From NCBI GenBank assembly GCA_035553035.1, contig DATNEO010000019.1:1-56778 (forward strand): a DNA stretch of 56,778 nt, read 5' to 3'. The position numbers and the translations under genes are program-made. The notes under the pieces were generated by a model. The model was not told where the DNA came from. It searched no databases and worked only from the letters and a program-made list of their open reading frames with translations. Origin of the DNA: Gaiellales bacterium. GTDB taxonomy: Bacteria > Actinomycetota > Thermoleophilia > Gaiellales > JAICJC01. This document shows positions 51,718 to 56,778 of this stretch, one piece after another; positions within the stretch are counted from its first letter, which is position 1, and the number at the start of each line of letters is the position of its first letter.

Positions 51718-51723
51718 TACCCT
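51718..51723 (+). promoter_or_regulatory. -10 like hexamer TACCCT, 6 nt upstream of GTG 51730 (leaderless typA)
   Basis: TAnnnT pattern, 6-nt spacer, no SD. Confidence 0.45.
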
Positions 51724-51729
51724 GCATCG

Positions 51730-53574
51730 GTGAGCCCGCACACACACAAGCTCCGCGATGACATCCGAAACATCGCGATCATCGCGCACGTCGACCACGG
51801 CAAGACCACCCTCGTGGACGCGCTGCTGCAGCAGTCGGGCACCTTCGCGGCGCACGCCGAGGTGGTCGATCGCATCATGGACGCCGGGCTCGAGCGCGAG
51901 CGCGGCATCACGATCCTGGCCAAGAACGCGGCCTGCCGCTACCAGGGCACCAAGATCAACATCATCGACACGCCCGGGCATGCCGACTTCGGCGGCGAGG
52001 TCGAGCGCGGCCTGACGATGGTCGACGGCGTGCTGCTGCTGGTCGACGCCAGTGAGGGGCCGCTGCCGCAGACCCGGTTCGTGCTGCGAAAGGCGCTGGC
52101 CGCGCGGCTGCCGGTGATCCTGGTCGTGAACAAGGTCGACCGGCCCGATGCCCGCGCCGCCGAGGTGGTGAACGAGATCTATCAGCTGTTCTTCGACCTC
52201 GACGCCGACGAGTCGCAGATCGATTTCCCGATCGTGTACACGATCGCGCGCGACGGCCTCGCCTCGCTGACGGAGCACGAGCCGGGGACCGACATGCACC
52301 CGCTGTTCGAGCTGATCCTCGACCGCGTGCCGCCGCCGCGCTACCACGAGGGCTCGCCGTTCCAGGCCCGCGTCGCCAACCTCGATTCCTCCCCCTACCT
52401 GGGCCGGCTGGCGCTCTGCCGCGTCCACGAGGGTGAGCTCAACAAGGGCGAGATGGTGGCCTGGTGCAAGGCCGACGGCACGATCACGCGCACCAAGATC
52501 ACCGAGATGTTCGTGGCCGAGGGGCTCGACCGGGTGGCGGCCGATCACGTCGGGCCGGGGGAGGTGATGGCCGTCGCCGGCCTCCAGGAGATCATGATCG
52601 GCGAGACGATCGCCGACGCCGATGACCCCCACCCGCTGCCCGTGATCAAGGTGGACGAGCCGTCGCTGGCGATGACCCTGGGCACAAACTCCTCGCCGTT
52701 CGCCGGCCGCAGCGGTACCAAGCTGACCGCGCGCATGATCAAGGACCGGCTCGATCGCGAGCTGGTCGGGAACGTCAGCCTGCGCGTGTTCGACACCGAC
52801 CGGCCGGACACGTGGGAGGTGCAGGGCCGCGGCGAGCTGCAGCTGGCGGTGCTGATCGAGCTGATGCGGCGCGAGGGCTTCGAGCTCACGATCGGCAAGC
52901 CGCAGGTGGTCACGCGTGAGGTGGACGGAAGGGTCTGCGAGCCGGTGGAGCGGGTCACGATCGACGTGCCAGAGGAGTACTCGGGCACGGTGATCCAGGC
53001 GCTGGCCGTGCGCAAGGGGCGGATGGAGCAGATGACCAACCACGGATCGGGATGGGTGCGGCTGGACTACGTGATCCCGGCCCGCGGCCTGCTCGGGTTC
53101 CGCACCGAGTTTCTGACCGAGACGCGCGGCACCGGCATACTGCATCACGTGTTCGATCGCTACGAGCCCTGGCACGGCGAAATCAGCGGCCGCCAGAACG
53201 GCTCGCTGATCGCCGACCGCACCGGGCCGGCGTCGAGCTACGCGATGACCAACCTGCAGGAGCGCGGCGTGCTGTTCGTCTCCCCCAGCGAGGACTGCTA
53301 CGAGGGCATGCTGGTCGGCGAGAACGCCCGCGCAGACGACCTCGACGTGAACATCGCCAAGGCCAAGCAGATGACCAACGTCCGTTCCAACGCCGACGTG
53401 CTGGTGCGGCTGGCGCCACCGCGCCTGCTCAGCCTCGACCAGGCGCTCGAGTACATCGAAGAGGACGAGTGCGTCGAGGTCACGCCCGATGTGATCCGCC
53501 TGCGCAAGGTCGAGCTGTCGGCGTCGAGGCGTCAGAGCCAGCGCTCGAAGAGCAAGCGCAACGCGCGCGACTGA
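51730..53574 (+). CDS. typA: Translational GTPase TypA/BipA
   Basis: IRNIAIIAHVDHGKTTLVD, DTPGHADFGGEVER, NKVDR. Full-length BipA architecture. Confidence 0.95.
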   Translation: MSPHTHKLRDDIRNIAIIAHVDHGKTTLVDALLQQSGTFAAHAEVVDRIMDAGLERERGITILAKNAACRYQGTKINIIDTPGHADFGGEVERGLTMVDGVLLLVDASEGPLPQTRFVLRKALAARLPVILVVNKVDRPDARAAEVVNEIYQLFFDLDADESQIDFPIVYTIARDGLASLTEHEPGTDMHPLFELILDRVPPPRYHEGSPFQARVANLDSSPYLGRLALCRVHEGELNKGEMVAWCKADGTITRTKITEMFVAEGLDRVAADHVGPGEVMAVAGLQEIMIGETIADADDPHPLPVIKVDEPSLAMTLGTNSSPFAGRSGTKLTARMIKDRLDRELVGNVSLRVFDTDRPDTWEVQGRGELQLAVLIELMRREGFELTIGKPQVVTREVDGRVCEPVERVTIDVPEEYSGTVIQALAVRKGRMEQMTNHGSGWVRLDYVIPARGLLGFRTEFLTETRGTGILHHVFDRYEPWHGEISGRQNGSLIADRTGPASSYAMTNLQERGVLFVSPSEDCYEGMLVGENARADDLDVNIAKAKQMTNVRSNADVLVRLAPPRLLSLDQALEYIEEDECVEVTPDVIRLRKVELSASRRQSQRSKSKRNARD

Positions 53575-53629
53575 CTGAGCCACCGCTGGCAACGGCGGTC
53601 GGAGTAGGCTTGTAGAGGGTGATCGTGCG

Positions 53630-54877
53630 ATGGAGGACCTTCCCAGCGGAACCGTCACACTCCTCTTCACCGACGTCGAAGGGTCGACGCTGCTCGTCCA
53701 GGAGCTGGGTGCCGGATACCAGTTCGCGCTGGAGGGTCACCGCCAGATCCTGAGGGACGCGGTTGCGTCGTACGCGGGCCGCGAGGTCGACTGCCGCGTG
53801 GACGAGTTCCTGGCCTGTTTCCCGCGCGCATCCGACGGTCTCGCGGCGGCGATCGCGGCACAGCTGGCGCTGGCGTCGCAGGGCTCCCAGCTGCGGGTGC
53901 GGATGGGGCTTCACACCGGCGAGCCGGAGCTGATCGGCGACGCCTACATCGGGATCGATGTGAACCGGGCAGCGCGGATCTGCGCAGCCGGTCACGGCGG
54001 CCAGATCCTGGTGTCGCAGACCACCCGCGATCTTGTGTCCACCGCCGTCCAGTTCCGCGATCTCGGCACCTACCTGCTGGCGGGGGTCGAGCAGGCCGAG
54101 CGGATCTATGAAGTGCGCGCCCCCGGGCTGCGCACCTCGTCCCTGCCGCTGCGGGCCGAACACGAAACGGGTGCCGGTGGCCGTCGCCGGCGGGGCCTGC
54201 GGCCGCGGCGCGCGCCGGCCTCGTCGCAGCTCGCCGAGACCGCGTGGAGAGCTCGGAAGCTGATCGAGCCGGGGCCGCTCCGCGAGGCACTCACGGGCCT
54301 TGCCGCCGCGTTGTTCGACGCCGACCGCGCCGTCCACCGGGCCGACGCGCTGCTCGGGAAGATCGACCGCCACCGCATCACCCGCAGGTTGGCCGAGCAG
54401 CGCCAGCTGTCGATCGTGTCTGCCCCGGTGGCCGAGCTGGCCGACGGAACCGACGCGAAGCTGGCCTGCCTCGACCGTCTCGGCGATGACCGCCAGGTCG
54501 TCTCCGACCTGGGCGCCGAGGCTGCCGCGCTGCTCGACCGGTCGTTCTCCGCCCACGCCGTCGAGCAGATCTGTGAGCGCCTGAACCTGGCGACCGGCAC
54601 GCTGGACGGGCAGATCACGGTCACCGCCCGCGCACACGACGCGCTCAGCTACCGGCTTGCGCGCACGCGCTGGCGCGGCGTCTACCGGCTGGACGCGCTC
54701 TACGTCGTCCCCTACCACGACGAGCTGGGGATCGAGCGCCAGCGCGAGTTCACGGACGCGGGTGAGGCCCGCCGCTTCCGCCACGGCGTCAAGCTGGCAC
54801 AGCAGGCCAAGACCCGAGATGTCGGCCTCGATGCTCCGTGGGATGGAGGCGGAGGTACGAGCGGCAGCGGGTATTGA
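53630..54877 (+). CDS. Class III adenylate/guanylate cyclase with uncharacterised ~240-aa C-terminal region
   Basis: TLLFTDVEGST, VDEFLACF, MGLHTGE, VNRAARI. The remaining C-terminal sequence has no recognisable domain. Confidence 0.85.
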   Translation: MEDLPSGTVTLLFTDVEGSTLLVQELGAGYQFALEGHRQILRDAVASYAGREVDCRVDEFLACFPRASDGLAAAIAAQLALASQGSQLRVRMGLHTGEPELIGDAYIGIDVNRAARICAAGHGGQILVSQTTRDLVSTAVQFRDLGTYLLAGVEQAERIYEVRAPGLRTSSLPLRAEHETGAGGRRRRGLRPRRAPASSQLAETAWRARKLIEPGPLREALTGLAAALFDADRAVHRADALLGKIDRHRITRRLAEQRQLSIVSAPVAELADGTDAKLACLDRLGDDRQVVSDLGAEAAALLDRSFSAHAVEQICERLNLATGTLDGQITVTARAHDALSYRLARTRWRGVYRLDALYVVPYHDELGIERQREFTDAGEARRFRHGVKLAQQAKTRDVGLDAPWDGGGGTSGSGY

Positions 54878-54880
54878 CCG

Positions 54881-56778
54881 CTACGACAGGGAGACGGTGG
54901 CGCCGCCCGTGTAGTCGTTGTACGGGTCGAGCACGATCGTGTAGGTGCCGGCCACCGGCGCCGTCAGGCTGAACGAGGTCGCTCCCAGCACCCACGAGGG
55001 CGACAGCAGCGCGGTGCCGTCGGGCCGCAACACCGAGACGCGCATGATCGGCACGCTGACCGCGCTCAGGTTCAGCACCAGCGACTGGCCGGCGGTCGCC
55101 GTGAACGTGACCGCTCCGCCCTGGCCGGGCGCAGTCATCGTGGCGGTGAACCCGGGCCCGCCCTGCGTGATCGACCCGGCCGCATCCGGCGGCACGTCAT
55201 AGACGGTCACCGACAGCGGCCCAGTGGAGGCGTCGAACGGATCGACGGCGATCGTGTAGGTGCCGGCCACCGGCAGCGTGGTCACGTCGATGAAGGTGTT
55301 GCCGGGCGCCATGGTCGAGAACAGGGTCGAGGAGTCCGGCTTGCTGACCGTGAACCGCACCGACATCGCCGTCGTCAGGCGGAAGCTGACCCGCTCCCCG
55401 GCCACGCCGGTGAAGCTGACCACCCCGTTCTGGCCCGGCACCGTGATCGGGATCGAGGCCGCGCCGCCGCCAGGCGCGGTCGCGGCCGACGCGTCGGCGG
55501 GCACGCTGTAGGCGGTCAGCGTCATCGTCACCGGCGAGCCGCCGGACGGGTCTATCACGATCGTGTAGGTGCCCGTGGCCGGCAGCGTGCGCGTGTCGAG
55601 GAACCCGCCCGACGAGGACACGTAGAAGGTCGCGAAGGTGGAGCCGTCGGGCGCCCGCACGTCCAGCCGCGTCTGCGGCAGCGCGCTGCCGGTGACCGCC
55701 ATGCTCAGCCGCGTGCCGGCCACCCCGGCGAACGTGATGCCGGCGTTCTGCCCGCCGCCCAGCGAGATCGTGAGCGGCGCTCCGCCGACGGTAATGCTGC
55801 CGGTGAGGTCGACCGGCACACCCAGCACCTGCACGGTGGCACTGCCCACCGCCGCGCCCTGGGGATCGATGCGGATCGTGTAGGTGCCGCCGGCCGGAAG
55901 CGCCAGGGCGTCGATGAAGCCGCCCGAGCCGTAGGCGATGGTGGCGCCCGAGGGTGACACCAGCGTCACCGACGTGGCGGCCATGCCGGAGGTGCTGTAG
56001 CTGACGCTGACCGACTGGCCGGTTGCGCCGGGGAACGTGACCGAGGCGTTCTGGCCGGGCACGGTGGTGGTGAGCGTGACCGGCGGTGCCGCAACCGAGG
56101 TGGTCGCCGCCGGATCCGGCGGCACGTCGTACAGCGTGTAGCTGACGCTGCCGGTGCCGACGTCCTGCGGGTCGGCCACCACCGTGTAGGTGCCGGTCTG
56201 CTTGAGCGTGGCCGCGTCCACGAACGAGCTGCCGGCGCCGGTGTAGCCCGGCCCCGCCAGCAGCGTGCCGTCCGGGTTCAGGATCGACGTCTTCAGCAGG
56301 TAGAACGTGGAGCTGACACCAAGGCTGACCCGTCGGCCGGCCACACCGCTGAACGTGAACAGCGCGTTCTGGCCGGCCGCGGTCGTGGTGGCCGAGGCGG
56401 GAGGCCCACCCGGCGTGATCGTGGACGTGACGTCGGCGGGCACGTCGTAGAGCGTCAGCGTGACCGGCCCGGTGCGCTCGTCCTGCGGGTCGGCCAGGAT
56501 CGTGTACGTCCCGTCGGAGGGCAGCTGCACGGTGTCGATGAACCCGTTGCCGGCGCTCGTGTAGAGCGGCCCCGCAAGTTGCGTCCCGCCCGGCCCGATG
56601 ATGATCGTCTTGAGGAAGCTGATGCCGCTGGACGTGGCCAGCGCCACCCGCCGCCCGGCCGTGCCCGTGAAGCTGGCCACGGCGTTCTGACCGGGCACGG
56701 TGGTGGTCAGCGTCACCGGCGGCCCGCCGGGGCTGATCGCCGCGGTCGCATCCGGCGGCACGTTGAAGAGCTGGATCG
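54881..56778 (-). CDS. Large repeat protein, C-terminal part: at least six tandem ~104-aa PPC/pre-peptidase-like beta-sandwich repeats (5' end beyond the window)
   Basis: Each repeat has GQN..(V/F)TF.G.AG..V..........PDG......G.FID...LP..GTYTI..DP......G.......Y.VP.D. The frame remains open to position 56778. Confidence 0.8.
   Translation of the reverse strand, partial: IQLFNVPPDATAAISPGGPPVTLTTTVPGQNAVASFTGTAGRRVALATSSGISFLKTIIIGPGGTQLAGPLYTSAGNGFIDTVQLPSDGTYTILADPQDERTGPVTLTLYDVPADVTSTITPGGPPASATTTAAGQNALFTFSGVAGRRVSLGVSSTFYLLKTSILNPDGTLLAGPGYTGAGSSFVDAATLKQTGTYTVVADPQDVGTGSVSYTLYDVPPDPAATTSVAAPPVTLTTTVPGQNASVTFPGATGQSVSVSYSTSGMAATSVTLVSPSGATIAYGSGGFIDALALPAGGTYTIRIDPQGAAVGSATVQVLGVPVDLTGSITVGGAPLTISLGGGQNAGITFAGVAGTRLSMAVTGSALPQTRLDVRAPDGSTFATFYVSSSGGFLDTRTLPATGTYTIVIDPSGGSPVTMTLTAYSVPADASAATAPGGGAASIPITVPGQNGVVSFTGVAGERVSFRLTTAMSVRFTVSKPDSSTLFSTMAPGNTFIDVTTLPVAGTYTIAVDPFDASTGPLSVTVYDVPPDAAGSITQGGPGFTATMTAPGQGGAVTFTATAGQSLVLNLSAVSVPIMRVSVLRPDGTALLSPSWVLGATSFSLTAPVAGTYTIVLDPYNDYTGGATVSLS

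Overview
High-GC (roughly 70%), actinobacterial-type chromosomal segment with dense coding on both strands. About 70 CDS are supportable. I recognised no rRNA, tRNA, CRISPR array, transposase or integrase. Many long ORFs in the supplied track are antisense shadows typical of high-GC DNA and were discarded.

Content from left to right:
- NAD salvage pair: partial pncB plus nrtR, with two palindromic operators upstream.
- An aldehyde dehydrogenase and a DoxX protein.
- An 8-gene operon with no intergenic space. It starts with an OmpR-type two-component system and continues into Tad/Flp pilus genes (cpaB, cpaE-like, cpaF/tadA, tadB, tadC). Two Flp-like prepilin genes lie elsewhere in the window.
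- Metabolic genes: RidA, 2-hydroxyacid dehydrogenase, dodecin, cupin, an acetolactate-synthase-like TPP enzyme with an ALDH, and an HDAC-type deacetylase.
- A DNA-damage module: apparently leaderless dinB divergent from a naturally fused PafB-PafC (double WYL) regulator.
- queG, bioY, a CaCA exchanger and a decayed DUF262 gene.
- A six-gene coupled operon pairing 2-phosphoglycerate kinase with a cyclic-2,3-diphosphoglycerate-synthetase-like gene, together with glpX.
- hpt and a radical SAM gene.
- A ccmE (CxxxY variant)-ccmF-ccmI-like-pspA operon.
- LysE, a YcaQ-like protein and a VOC protein.
- zur-znuC-znuB and znuA with a Zur-box-like palindrome between them.
- Small signalling proteins, typA, a class III adenylate cyclase, and the 3' part of a large PPC-like repeat protein.

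Most unusual non-coding signals:
1. A GTCACG(G/A)-type motif occurs as paired direct repeats about two helical turns apart upstream of both Flp-like genes. It also occurs upstream of the two-component/tad operon.
2. The same motif forms a dense array phased at 10-11 bp in a 306-bp spacer between convergent genes (21.8-22.1 kb).
3. A perfect 27-nt direct repeat brackets an ACT-domain gene. One copy is itself flanked by 11-nt direct repeats.
4. TAnnnT hexamers sit 6-8 nt upstream of many start codons, which points to leaderless mRNAs.

All product calls come from reading the translated sequences, not from database searches.
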